Source of the DNA: an uncultured Clostridia bacterium
GTDB taxonomy: Bacteria; CAYTYR01; UBA6262
Assembly (NCBI GenBank): GCA_964441745.1
Contig: CAYTYR010000013.1
Coordinates: forward strand, 55,209 to 75,208
Length of the DNA stretch: 20,000 nt
Direction of reading: 5' to 3'
Shown here: one piece after another, positions 1 through 8,637 of the stretch
Layout of the letters: each line of letters opens with the position of its first letter
Position numbering within the stretch: the first letter of the stretch is position 1
The notes under the pieces: model-generated
Databases searched by the model: none
What the model saw: the letters and a program-made list of their open reading frames with translations, nothing else
What the model was told of the DNA's origin: nothing
Made by a program: the position numbers and the translations under genes

Positions 1-580
1 CGACTATTTTTACCGGCGGCTTCTGTTGCTCCATCACCCTGACCTGTACTGGTGAGGTCTGGGTGCGCAGCAGCGCTTTATCTTCGATGAAAAAAGTATC
101 CTGCATATCCCGGGCCGGATGTTCCGGCGGGAAGTTCAGGGCTTCAAAATTGTAATAGTCTGTTTCGATCTCCGGGCCTTGCGCCACGGCAAAATTTAGC
201 CGCTGAAATATTCCGCAGATCTCGGTCATGACCTGGGTGATAGGATGGATACTGCCTGTGTCGAGACGAGACCCAGGCAAAGTTAAGTCCACTGTCAGCC
301 TGCTTTGTGAGGCTAATTCCGCTTTTTCCTTGAGCTCTGATTGTTTGCTGCTAATTTTTTCTTCCAGGCGGGTTTTTATTTCGTTGGATAATTTGCCGAT
401 CAAAGGACGGACGGCAGCGTCAATGTCACCCAAACCGCGCAGGATAGAGGTCAATTCCCCTTTTTTGCCTAAATATTTTACTCTTAAATCCTCTATTCCT
501 TCTGGCGCCGCTTGTTCAAGCTCTTGTCCAGCTTGCTTTTCCAGCTCTTCCAATTTGCCTTTCAGCTCTTCCAATCCCAT
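1..580 (-). CDS. pheS: Phenylalanine--tRNA ligase alpha subunit (5' part; runs off the window start; absent from the ORF track)
   Basis: Manual translation from ATG (578-580, SD AAGAGG upstream): MGLEELKGKLEEL...LRVKYLGKKGELTSILRGLG...DLTLPG...HPITQV...GPEIETDYYNFEALNFPPEHPARDMQDTFF...LLRTQTSPVQVRVME, which are hallmark PheS motifs. Confidence 0.98.
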   Translation of the reverse strand, partial: MGLEELKGKLEELEKQAGQELEQAAPEGIEDLRVKYLGKKGELTSILRGLGDIDAAVRPLIGKLSNEIKTRLEEKISSKQSELKEKAELASQSRLTVDLTLPGSRLDTGSIHPITQVMTEICGIFQRLNFAVAQGPEIETDYYNFEALNFPPEHPARDMQDTFFIEDKALLRTQTSPVQVRVMEQQKPPVKIV

Positions 581-600
581 TATATCCTCTTTTGTATTTT

Positions 601-640
601 CTATACGCTATACGCTATACGCCATCCGCTATACGCTGTA
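601..640. repeat. Tandem heptanucleotide repeat (CTATACG)x5 plus a partial copy, overlapping the methyltransferase stop codon
   Basis: ctatacg ctatacg ctatacg ccatccg ctatacg ctgta read directly. Confidence 0.95.
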
Positions 641-1415
641 TTTTTGCTTTTTCCACAACCTGGTACATAATGATCCCGGCCGCTACCGCTACATTCAATG
701 AATCTACACCCTTACGCTGGGGGATCCTGATCGCTTCATCAATTTTTTCTGCTATCTCTTTGGACATTCCGGCCCCTTCATTACCAAAGATCAGGGCTAA
801 AGGCAATGACCATGAAACTTCATAATAGTTCTTGGAACCGCGCACATCGCAAGCCAAAGTCCTGATCTTCCTGGAGCGCAGTTTATCGATTAAATTCAAT
901 AGATTATCTACCTTCACTACCGGCAGCCGCAATAATGAACCCATGGTGGCCCGCACTACTTTGGGATTATACTGGTCAACGGTTTCCTTGCCCAAAATAA
1001 TTCCGGTGACGCCGGCGGCTTCTGCTGTCCTGATAATCGACCCCAGGTTACCCGGGTCTTGTATCCCGTCTAATATTACTAAGAACGGTTTAGGAGCCTC
1101 TAGCAACTCTGCCAGCCGGTGTTCTGTTATGTTGACCACCGCCAGAATCCCGGCCGGGGTTTCACAATCTGATACCGCCGCTAATTCTGGCGGCAAGATT
1201 TTAGTCATCTCTATCTTATGTTTCTCCAGATTTTGCATTAACAGCTGGCCGCGGCGATTAGCTTGAAGTTCTTCGGTGTAAACTACTTTAAAACGCTGGG
1301 CTGGGGATTTAAGCAGTTCCTCAACCGCCCGTACGCCTTCCATGATAAAAGCGTTATTTTCAGCGCGTCCTTTTTTCTGGTGTAATGATTTTATGTAAGA
1401 CAGGATACTCTTCAT
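615..1415 (-). CDS. TrmH/SpoU (SPOUT) family RNA 2'-O-methyltransferase
   Basis: Motifs LDGIQDPGNLGSIIRTAEAAG, KVVRATMGS, LIFGNEGAG and IPQRKGVDSLNVAVAAGI; located directly upstream of pheS. Confidence 0.95.
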   Translation of the reverse strand: MKSILSYIKSLHQKKGRAENNAFIMEGVRAVEELLKSPAQRFKVVYTEELQANRRGQLLMQNLEKHKIEMTKILPPELAAVSDCETPAGILAVVNITEHRLAELLEAPKPFLVILDGIQDPGNLGSIIRTAEAAGVTGIILGKETVDQYNPKVVRATMGSLLRLPVVKVDNLLNLIDKLRSRKIRTLACDVRGSKNYYEVSWSLPLALIFGNEGAGMSKEIAEKIDEAIRIPQRKGVDSLNVAVAAGIIMYQVVEKAKIQRIADGV

Positions 1416-1417
1416 TA

Positions 1418-1711
1418 CTATTCGCCAACCATTTTATCCAAATGCTCTTTGGCCAAGGTGTAATTCGCGTTCAATTCCAGGCATTTCAGGTACATTTCCT
1501 TAGCCTTACCTGGCTCATTCTTAGCTTCATAGATAATACCCAGGTTATAATAAACATCAGCATTCTTGGGATTGTATGTTTGCGCTTTGACAAATTCACT
1601 GATCGCGGCATCGTATTTACCGCTCAGAAAATAAAATTTCCCCAGGTCGATTACGCTTTCTTCGTCTTCTTTAGTCAAACAAGCCCGGGGGACTTTCTTC
1701 TTATCAACCAT
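1418..1711 (-). CDS. Small tetratricopeptide-repeat protein (about 2 TPRs)
   Basis: LGKFYFLSGKYDAAISEFVKAQTYNP and VYYNLGIIYEAKNEPGKAKEMYLKCLELNA fit the TPR consensus; packed tightly between neighbours (gaps of 5 and 2 bp). Confidence 0.85.
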   Translation of the reverse strand: MVDKKKVPRACLTKEDEESVIDLGKFYFLSGKYDAAISEFVKAQTYNPKNADVYYNLGIIYEAKNEPGKAKEMYLKCLELNANYTLAKEHLDKMVGE

Positions 1712-1716
1712 AAAAA

Positions 1717-2406
1717 TTATTCCACTCCTCTGAATTTATTAATATCCTTGTCCGCTCCGACCACCACGAGAATATCACCGCTCTCGATCTCATCTTCCGG
1801 GAAAGGAGTAATATTCACGTCTTCTTTAAACTGGGTCTCTCCGGAATCAGTCACTTCCGGCGTTTTGCGCTTGATGGCAATGATCGTGACCTTATATGTT
1901 TTCCGGATGTCCAGTAATTTCAAGGTTTTGCCGGCAAAAGATTTTGGGGAGACTATTTCCACAATACTATAATCAGGAGAAAGCTCGATATATTCATAAA
2001 TATTTGGCGAGATCAGGCTCTCTGCTACTTTAGCGCCGATATCCCTTTCCGGGAAAATCACCCGGTCCACACCGATTTTGCGCAGAACTTTGCCATGCAA
2101 GCTATTGAGCGCTTTGGTGACGATCATTTTCACGCCCATTTCCCGCAACAACAGGCTGATCATAATACTGGCTTCCATGCTATCGCCAACACTGACAATA
2201 GCTACATCAATATTTTTAATGTCCAGTGATTTCAGGACTTTCTCGTCACTGGCATCGGCTTTGACCGCATAAGTCACTTTTTCACTGACATCCTGAATAC
2301 GTTCTTCATCTTTGTCAATAACCAAGACTTGCCCGCCTTTTTCCGCCAGGGTCAACGCTACACTACGGCCAAAATTTCCCAATCCGATCACGGCAAATTG
2401 TTTCAT
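1717..2406 (-). CDS. ktrA: Ktr/Trk potassium uptake system, RCK (NAD-binding) subunit
   Basis: N-terminal Rossmann motif FAVIGLGNFG, LRKIGVDRVIFPERDIG, C-terminal TrkA-C-like region; adjacent to a KtrB-type gene. Confidence 0.93.
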   Translation of the reverse strand: MKQFAVIGLGNFGRSVALTLAEKGGQVLVIDKDEERIQDVSEKVTYAVKADASDEKVLKSLDIKNIDVAIVSVGDSMEASIMISLLLREMGVKMIVTKALNSLHGKVLRKIGVDRVIFPERDIGAKVAESLISPNIYEYIELSPDYSIVEIVSPKSFAGKTLKLLDIRKTYKVTIIAIKRKTPEVTDSGETQFKEDVNITPFPEDEIESGDILVVVGADKDINKFRGVE

Positions 2407-2416
2407 TGTTTTTCTC

Positions 2417-3745
2417 CTATCCGATCAAGACTTTTTCTTCGGCATTCGTATATAATTCCTGTCCCTTTTTTTCCATCACGGCCATCCCCAGGGTCAGCGG
2501 GCCGACCCGGCCAAAATACATGGTGACAGCGATCAAGAGCTTGCCCAAGCCGGAAAAATAGCCAGACAAACTGATGGACCCGCTTGGCGCCGCGGACAAT
2601 CCGACCGTACCAAAAGCGCTGACCACCTCAAACAAAATACGCAGGAAATCCTGTTTCTCAATTATGGACAAGCCCATAGTGACCAAGACCACCAGTAATA
2701 TGGCGATTATCGGCAGGACAAAAGACTTGCGCACTATTTCCCCGGGCATCTTGCGGTTATAAATATTAACATTGTATTTCCCGCGCAAAGTATAATGCAC
2801 ACTGGCAATCATGATGCCAAACGTGGTAGTTTTAATACCCCCGCCGGTACCGCCGGGTGAAGCTCCAATAAACATGAGTATAATAACAAAAAATAAGGTG
2901 GCTGGCTGCATCAAACCATAAGTGACTGTATTAAAACCAGCGGTCCGGGGAGTTACTGCCTGGAAATAACTGACCAGGATTTTTTTACCCAGTGGTAAAT
3001 TAGCTAAAATAGCCGCATTTTTATATTCCAGGATAAAAATAACCAAAGTCCCGAGCAGCAGCAAGATCCCGGTAATTTTCAAAGCCAGCCGGGTATGGAT
3101 AGATAGCTTCTGTCTTTGGCGATAGCTTTGTAATTCACTGATGACGATAAAGCCCAGGCCGCCAATAATGATCAGGGAAGTGATCATCAGGTTAACGACT
3201 ACATCAGTGGAATAACGGGAAAGGTTACTGGAAAAGGTACTGAACCCGGCATTGCAGAAAGCGCTGACACTGTGGAACAAGGCATGGCCAAAGGCTTCTT
3301 TGACCGGAAACTCCCGGCTCCAATGGATAGTTAAGAGAAGAGTGGCAAAACCTTCGATCAATAAAGTAATTTTTACGATATACTTGATGAAACTACCCAG
3401 GTCAGCCAGGCTATATTGGTTCACGCCTTCCTGTATATTTAATTTGTCTTTGATGTTTAATTGTTTGTTAAAAAGCAGGAACATCATAGTCGCCAGGGTA
3501 ATATATCCCAGCCCGCCTATTTGGATCAAAAGCAGTATAATGCTTTTCCCCCATAGTGAAAAATGGGTAGATGTATTCACCGTGACCAGCCCTGTGACAC
3601 AGATCGCGCTGGTCGAAGTGAACAAGGCATCAATAAAATGAGTGGCTTCCCCCTTGGCATTGGCAAACGGCATAGTCAACAATAAAGCCCCGAGCAAGAT
3701 CAAAGAAGCAAACCCGATCGCTAAAACTTTATGTGGGGTAAACAT
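2417..3745 (-). CDS. ktrB: Ktr/TrkH-family potassium uptake membrane subunit
   Basis: Four pore motifs (SAICVTGL, SAFCNAGF, PRTAGF, SAFGTVGLS), MFIGASPGGTGGGIKTTT and MYFGRVGPLT. Confidence 0.95.
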   Translation of the reverse strand: MFTPHKVLAIGFASLILLGALLLTMPFANAKGEATHFIDALFTSTSAICVTGLVTVNTSTHFSLWGKSIILLLIQIGGLGYITLATMMFLLFNKQLNIKDKLNIQEGVNQYSLADLGSFIKYIVKITLLIEGFATLLLTIHWSREFPVKEAFGHALFHSVSAFCNAGFSTFSSNLSRYSTDVVVNLMITSLIIIGGLGFIVISELQSYRQRQKLSIHTRLALKITGILLLLGTLVIFILEYKNAAILANLPLGKKILVSYFQAVTPRTAGFNTVTYGLMQPATLFFVIILMFIGASPGGTGGGIKTTTFGIMIASVHYTLRGKYNVNIYNRKMPGEIVRKSFVLPIIAILLVVLVTMGLSIIEKQDFLRILFEVVSAFGTVGLSAAPSGSISLSGYFSGLGKLLIAVTMYFGRVGPLTLGMAVMEKKGQELYTNAEEKVLIG

Positions 3746-3781
3746 GTATTATTTCACCCTACCCTTCTTGAGCCAGCGGAC

Positions 3782-4141
3782 TTAAACTGCTAATTGCTGC
3801 TTGGCCACTTCCACCAGAGCGGTAAAAGCTTTGGCATCATTTACTGCCAGGTCAGCCAGAATTTTCCGGTCAATACCCACCTGTGCCTTTTTCAAGCCAT
3901 TCATCAAACGGTTATACGATAAGCCATTAATGCGGGCCGCGGCATTGATCCTGATGATCCAGAGCGCGCGAAAATCTCTCTTTTTTGCCCGCCGGTCACG
4001 GTAAGCATAATCCAAACTTTTATCTACCTGCTCTGTAGCATGACGGTAGAGCTTGGATTTTCCCATCCGGTACCCTTTGGCCCTTTTAAATATTTTCTTT
4101 TTCCACGCACGCGTGGTCTTGCCGCTTTTTACTCTTGACAT
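3782..4141 (-). CDS. rplT: 50S ribosomal protein L20
   Basis: MSRVK...AKGY...[26 protein letters not shown]...[17 protein letters not shown] upstream. Confidence 0.99.
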   Translation of the reverse strand: MSRVKSGKTTRAWKKKIFKRAKGYRMGKSKLYRHATEQVDKSLDYAYRDRRAKKRDFRALWIIRINAAARINGLSYNRLMNGLKKAQVGIDRKILADLAVNDAKAFTALVEVAKQQLAV

Positions 4142-4163
4142 AATTAATCCTCCAAATTTTTCG

Positions 4164-4241
4164 GCGTATAGCGTGTAGCGTTTAGCGTATAGATTTTGCT
4201 TTTCTATCCGCTCTACGCTCTACGCTCTACGCTTGACGCTA
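4164..4241. repeat. Inverted pair of heptamer arrays forming an imperfect hairpin in the rpmI-rplT spacer
   Basis: Left arm gcgtata gcgtgta gcgttta gcgtata g (4164-4192), loop, right arm ctatccg ctctacg ctctacg ctctacg cttgacg cta (4204-4241); same unit as the array at 601-640. Confidence 0.9.
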
Positions 4242-4243
4242 TT

Positions 4244-4441
4244 CTAAGCGTACGGCATTAATTTTTTAACCATTTTTGTATCAGTTAAATTAAGCATTCC
4301 GCTTTTGCGCAAGGTTCTTAATTTCTTGGTTTTCTTTTTCGTCAAAATATGACGGGCATGCGATTTTTTGTACCTGATCTTGCCGGTACCTGATATACGG
4401 AAACGTTTCTTAGCCCCGCTATGGCTTTTTATTTTTGGCAT
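4244..4441 (-). CDS. rpmI: 50S ribosomal protein L35
   Basis: MPKIKSHSGAKKRFRISGTGKI...HILTKK...LMPY; lies between infC and rplT. Confidence 0.99.
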   Translation of the reverse strand: MPKIKSHSGAKKRFRISGTGKIRYKKSHARHILTKKKTKKLRTLRKSGMLNLTDTKMVKKLMPYA

Positions 4442-4465
4442 GTAATGCTCCTTATTTGATTTTAC

Positions 4466-4981
4466 TTATTTTTTTGCTGGCCCCAGCAACATGAACATGG
4501 TATTTCCTTCCATTTTTGGATTCTGTTCAATAGTTGCGGTAAGGGCAAAACGTTCTTCAATGTTCTTCATAATGCCCACTCCCAGGTCCATATGGGCCAT
4601 TTCCCTGCCCCTGAACTGCATAGCGATCTTTACTTTGTCGCCTTCGGCCAGGAATTCTTCCGTATGGCGCAATTTTACATCCAGGTCATGGAGACCAATT
4701 TTTGGCCGGATCTTTATTTCCTTAACATGGATCACTTTATGGCTTTTCTTGGCCTTTTTTTCTTTCTTTTCCTGTTCATACCGATATTTGCTGTAATCCA
4801 TTATTTTGCAAACCGGCGGTGTCGATTGGCCGGATATTTCTACCAGGTCTAACCCTTTTTCTGCTGCCAAGCTCATGGCTTGGGCTAGCGCCACTATGCC
4901 CATGGGCTGTCCGGCATCATCGATCAACCTTACTTCATTAGCTCTGATCCGTTCATTGATCCTTAACTCTTCTCTAGCGAT
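4466..4981 (-). CDS. infC: Translation initiation factor IF-3 with non-canonical ATC start (extends the ORF-track call by 18 codons)
   Basis: In-frame upstream sequence reads (ATC)AREELRINERIRANEVRLIDDAG, containing the conserved IF3 INERIR motif; SD AGGAG (4989-4993) sits 7 nt before ATC (4979-4981); downstream LDLVEIS..PPVCKIMDY and KVKIAMQFRGRE. Confidence 0.96.
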   Translation of the reverse strand: MAREELRINERIRANEVRLIDDAGQPMGIVALAQAMSLAAEKGLDLVEISGQSTPPVCKIMDYSKYRYEQEKKEKKAKKSHKVIHVKEIKIRPKIGLHDLDVKLRHTEEFLAEGDKVKIAMQFRGREMAHMDLGVGIMKNIEERFALTATIEQNPKMEGNTMFMLLGPAKK

Positions 4982-5017
4982 AACGACTCTCCTCTCTGAA
5001 TGGCCTAGCCACTCATT

Positions 5018-5067
5018 AAAAAATAATCGCTGATGCCCCCACCGTAAAGGGAACTATTATCAGCGAT
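5018..5067 (-). terminator. Intrinsic terminator (attenuator) in the infC leader
   Basis: Minus strand ATCGCTGAT...ATCAGCGAT 9-bp stem followed by TATTTTTT, upstream of the infC SD. Confidence 0.7.
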
Positions 5068-5160
5068 AAAATAGAAGATTATCATATGATAACCTTTTGG
5101 CTTATAGCGCAGCATTACTGCACTAACCATACGGTGAGAAGTTATTAGCTTCTTCTTTCA
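5018..5160 (-). promoter_or_regulatory. L20-leader-like cis-regulatory RNA
   Basis: Minus strand AGAAGCTAATAACTTCTCACC resembles the AGAAG-loop-CTTCT-CACC opening of the Firmicute L20 leader; it lies 5' of infC-rpmI-rplT and ends in a terminator. Confidence 0.7.
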
Positions 5161-5168
5161 TAGGTTAG

Positions 5169-5197
5169 CTTATATCATATTCCCCGGGCCTTGTCAA
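5169..5197 (-). promoter_or_regulatory. Sigma70-type promoter for the infC operon
   Basis: TTGACA (5192-5197), 17 bp, TATAAG (5169-5174) preceded by TGn; the -35 overlaps the dnaE stop codon. Confidence 0.7.
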
Positions 5198-8100
5198 GAC
5201 ATAAATTGCACTGAGCCCTTACCGAGCAAGCTCTCTATTTCCTGTTGAAACGTCACCATTGCGCTGACGCGCATAGTACTGTCCGGAGAGACTACTACTT
5301 CACCAGTATGAGGGGTCTGCAAATGCAGGTATACGGGGCAGATACCCGGATATTTAGCCATAGTTGCTTTGAGTTTAGCCAGGTAATCCTGTTCCAGGCC
5401 AACAGTCTTAATATGTATGTGGATGGATTGGGTTAACCGTTCCCGGGCTTGTTCCAGGGGTATGATCCGATCCAGTATCACCTGGGTTTCAGCCCGTCTT
5501 TTATCCAGCTGCCCGCAAACGATCACTGTTTGGTCAGTTTTGATCAAGCTATTAATACCTGGGTTATTGTAGTTATCAGGAAAAACTACTACCGGGATCT
5601 CGCCTTTCAGATCTTCCAGTACAAAGACCGCCATTTTCTCATTTTTCTTGGTAAAAAGCATTTTGACTTTTTTAATGATCCCGCCTACCCTGATCGGTTG
5701 TTTTTCAGGGATATTGGCCACGGCCAGCAGATCAGTGGTAGTATACATCTGGAGTTCTTCAGCAAAACGAGCTAAAGGATGGCCGGTCATATAGAAACCG
5801 AGGACTTCCCTTTCACCTTCCAGTAATTTGTTTTCATGCCATTCTTTATGATGGAATTCCCCTGTCTCTGCCCGGGTCTCTTCCACCGGCAGGTCATCCA
5901 GAAACGAGGTCTGGCCACTAATGATATCCTGTTGGAGCACTGCGGCTTTTTGTATTACCTTTTCCAGGGTATCGAACATTTCCATCCTGGTGGATCCTAA
6001 TTGGTCCAGGGCGCCGCATTTGATCAAACTCTCCACTACCCGCTTATTAACGGCATGCAGATCAACTTTTTTACAAAAATCATAAAAACTGGTAAAAGGA
6101 CCTTCTTTTTGCCTGGCTTTGACCAGAGAGTCAATAGCGCCCTCACCGACATTTTTTACCGCGGCCAAACCAAACCGGATACTTTCTCCCTCAACTTTAA
6201 AATTGGCAAAACTGAAATTTACATGAGGCGGGCCAATAGTAATGCCCAGATCTTTAGCTTCTTCGATATACAACACTATATCATCCTGGTTGCCTATTTC
6301 GCTGGTCAGTAAGGCGCTCATGAATTCCAGGGGATAATGTGCTTTTAAATAGGCTGTCTGGTAGGCAAGGTAGGCATAAGCTGCCGCATGAGATTTGTTA
6401 AATCCATAACCGCCAAACTGGGCCATCAGGTCAAAGAGTTTTGTGGCTTTTTCTGTCTTGATCTTGTTCTTTTGCGCCCCTTCCAGAAAATGTTTGCGCT
6501 CTTTTTCTATAGCTTCCGGGTTCTTTTTACCCATCGCCCGCCTTAAGATATCCGCTTGCCCGGCGCTAAAGCCGGCCACGGCCATGGCTATTTGCATTAC
6601 CTGCTCCTGGTAGACGATGACGCCATAAGTTTCTTTCAGGATCGGTTCCAGCATTGATAAGTCATATTTAACCGGGATTTTTCCGTGCTTGCGTCCGACA
6701 AAATCATCCAACATCCCGCTGCCCATCGGCCCAGGGCGGTACAGCGCGATCAACGCAATAATATCTTCCATGCTGGTGGGCTGGATTTTGCGCACCAAGT
6801 CACGCATGCCACTGGAATCAAGCTGGAAGATACCCAGGGTTTGGCCGCGGCTCAATAATTCATAGGTTTGCTTATCGTCTAAAGGTATTTTGTTGATATC
6901 AATTTTGACCTGGCGGTCCGCAGCTAATGTTTTACAGGCCGAGTCAATGACTGTCAGCGTCCTCAAACCCAGGAAATCTACTTTCAACAAACCCATAATA
7001 TCAGCCAGTGTTTTACCGTCATACTGGGTGGTCACTTGCCCTTTGGAGTTTTTGCTCAATGGCACATAATTAGTCAATTCGTCCTTCGTGATCACGATCC
7101 CGGCCGCATGCTTGGATGAATGCCTGGTTAAACCTTCTAAAGTGTACGCCACCTGGAACAGTTGTTTAAGTTCAGGACTGGAACTCATGCTCTTTTTTAG
7201 GTCTGCATTCTGGTTGGCTGCATCAGTCAGGGTCATCCCCGGATCATTAGGGATCAATTTAGCTAAACGATCGGCCTCATCCAGGGAAATATTCATTACC
7301 CTGGCGACATCCCGCACTACCAGTTTTGCGCCCAGCGTACCAAAAGTGATGATCTGGGCGACATTTTTTTCTCCATATTTGTTGCGGACATAATTAATAA
7401 CCTCTTCGCGTCCGTCATCACTGAAGTCAATATCCAGGTCAGGCATACTAACCCGGTCCGGATTCAAGAAACGTTCAAACAGCAGGCCATACCGCAGCGG
7501 ATCAATATCAGTGATCGCCAGGCTATAAGCGACTAAACTGCCGGCGCCGCTGCCCCGTCCCGGGCCTACCGGGATACCATGTGTCTTGGCATAATGGATA
7601 AAATCCCAGACGATCAAAAAATACGCTGAATAGCCCATCTTTTTAATAACGCTGAGCTCGTAATCTATTCTTTTTAATATTTCCGGCGTTACTTGGTCAT
7701 AACGCTTTTTTAAACCATCTTTGCATAGTTTCTCCAGGTAAGTGTCCAAGTCATAACCATTTGGCACGGCAAAGGCGGGCAAAGACACCTGGGAAAAGTT
7801 CAGTTCCAGATGGCACTGGTCAGCAATAACCAGAGTGTTTTTACAAGCCTGCGGCACTTCGGCAAAAAGTCTCTCCATTTCCTGAGGCGATTTAAAGTAG
7901 AATTCATTGGTAGAAAGATGCATCCTATCCTCATCGGTGATCCTTTTGCCGGTACCGATGCACATGAGCACTTCATGGGCAAACGAATCTTCTTTGCGCA
8001 AATAATGTATATCATTGGTGGCCACCAGGCCGACTTTTTCACGCTGGGCCAGGGCAGCCAGCTGTTTTCCTACCTTATGTTCTTCTTCTAAGCCATGATC

Positions 8101-8637
8101 CATTATTTCCAGATAGAAATTACCGTCTCCAAATATCTGTTTATATTCAAATAAAGCCATCCTGGCTTGTTCCTCATTATCTTGCAGCAAACTATTGGAG
8201 ATCTCCCCTTTCAGGCAGCCGCTCATGGCGATCAGGCCTTTGCTGTACTTGGCTAAGACCTCCTTATCGACACGCGGGCGGTAATAGAACCCTTCCAAAA
8301 AGGAAATAGTGCTCAATTCTAAGAGATTTTTGTATCCTTGCAGGTCTTTAGCCAGGAGGGTAAGATGAAAGGCTGCTTCACCGATACCATTGCTGCTGCG
8401 GTCAAAGCGGGATTTAGGAGCAACATACATTTCACTGCCAATGATCGGCTTAATACCGTTCTTCATTGCTTCTTTATAGAACAGCACTGCCCCGAAAAGG
8501 TTCCCATGGTCAGTAATAGCTACTGCCGGCTGGTTCATAGCGCCGGCAGTCTTGACTAACTTCTCGATACTGATGGCCCCATCCAGGAGGCTATACTCTG
8601 TGTGATTGTGCAAATGGACAAAATCAGCTTTTTTCAT
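5194..8637 (-). CDS. dnaE: DNA polymerase III alpha subunit
   Basis: PHP motif FVHLHNHTEYSLLDGA, VGPGRGSGAGSLVAY, FERFLNPDRVSMPDLDIDF, YGFNKSHAAAY and C-terminal OB fold; 1147 aa. Confidence 0.99.
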   Translation of the reverse strand: MKKADFVHLHNHTEYSLLDGAISIEKLVKTAGAMNQPAVAITDHGNLFGAVLFYKEAMKNGIKPIIGSEMYVAPKSRFDRSSNGIGEAAFHLTLLAKDLQGYKNLLELSTISFLEGFYYRPRVDKEVLAKYSKGLIAMSGCLKGEISNSLLQDNEEQARMALFEYKQIFGDGNFYLEIMDHGLEEEHKVGKQLAALAQREKVGLVATNDIHYLRKEDSFAHEVLMCIGTGKRITDEDRMHLSTNEFYFKSPQEMERLFAEVPQACKNTLVIADQCHLELNFSQVSLPAFAVPNGYDLDTYLEKLCKDGLKKRYDQVTPEILKRIDYELSVIKKMGYSAYFLIVWDFIHYAKTHGIPVGPGRGSGAGSLVAYSLAITDIDPLRYGLLFERFLNPDRVSMPDLDIDFSDDGREEVINYVRNKYGEKNVAQIITFGTLGAKLVVRDVARVMNISLDEADRLAKLIPNDPGMTLTDAANQNADLKKSMSSSPELKQLFQVAYTLEGLTRHSSKHAAGIVITKDELTNYVPLSKNSKGQVTTQYDGKTLADIMGLLKVDFLGLRTLTVIDSACKTLAADRQVKIDINKIPLDDKQTYELLSRGQTLGIFQLDSSGMRDLVRKIQPTSMEDIIALIALYRPGPMGSGMLDDFVGRKHGKIPVKYDLSMLEPILKETYGVIVYQEQVMQIAMAVAGFSAGQADILRRAMGKKNPEAIEKERKHFLEGAQKNKIKTEKATKLFDLMAQFGGYGFNKSHAAAYAYLAYQTAYLKAHYPLEFMSALLTSEIGNQDDIVLYIEEAKDLGITIGPPHVNFSFANFKVEGESIRFGLAAVKNVGEGAIDSLVKARQKEGPFTSFYDFCKKVDLHAVNKRVVESLIKCGALDQLGSTRMEMFDTLEKVIQKAAVLQQDIISGQTSFLDDLPVEETRAETGEFHHKEWHENKLLEGEREVLGFYMTGHPLARFAEELQMYTTTDLLAVANIPEKQPIRVGGIIKKVKMLFTKKNEKMAVFVLEDLKGEIPVVVFPDNYNNPGINSLIKTDQTVIVCGQLDKRRAETQVILDRIIPLEQARERLTQSIHIHIKTVGLEQDYLAKLKATMAKYPGICPVYLHLQTPHTGEVVVSPDSTMRVSAMVTFQQEIESLLGKGSVQFMS

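Noticed and set aside
581-614. T-box riboswitch upstream of pheS
   Set aside because: Only 34 bp of intergenic sequence and no T-box consensus
228-825. Plus-strand ORFs containing IRYTLYAIRYTL-type repeats
   Set aside because: Antisense to pheS and the methyltransferase; the periodic peptide is just the translated heptamer array
601-4241. Heptamer arrays as a possible CRISPR array
   Set aside because: Units are 7 nt with no spacers, and no cas genes are present
5194-8637. Intein or split dnaE
   Set aside because: Length and motif spacing are normal for an uninterrupted DnaE
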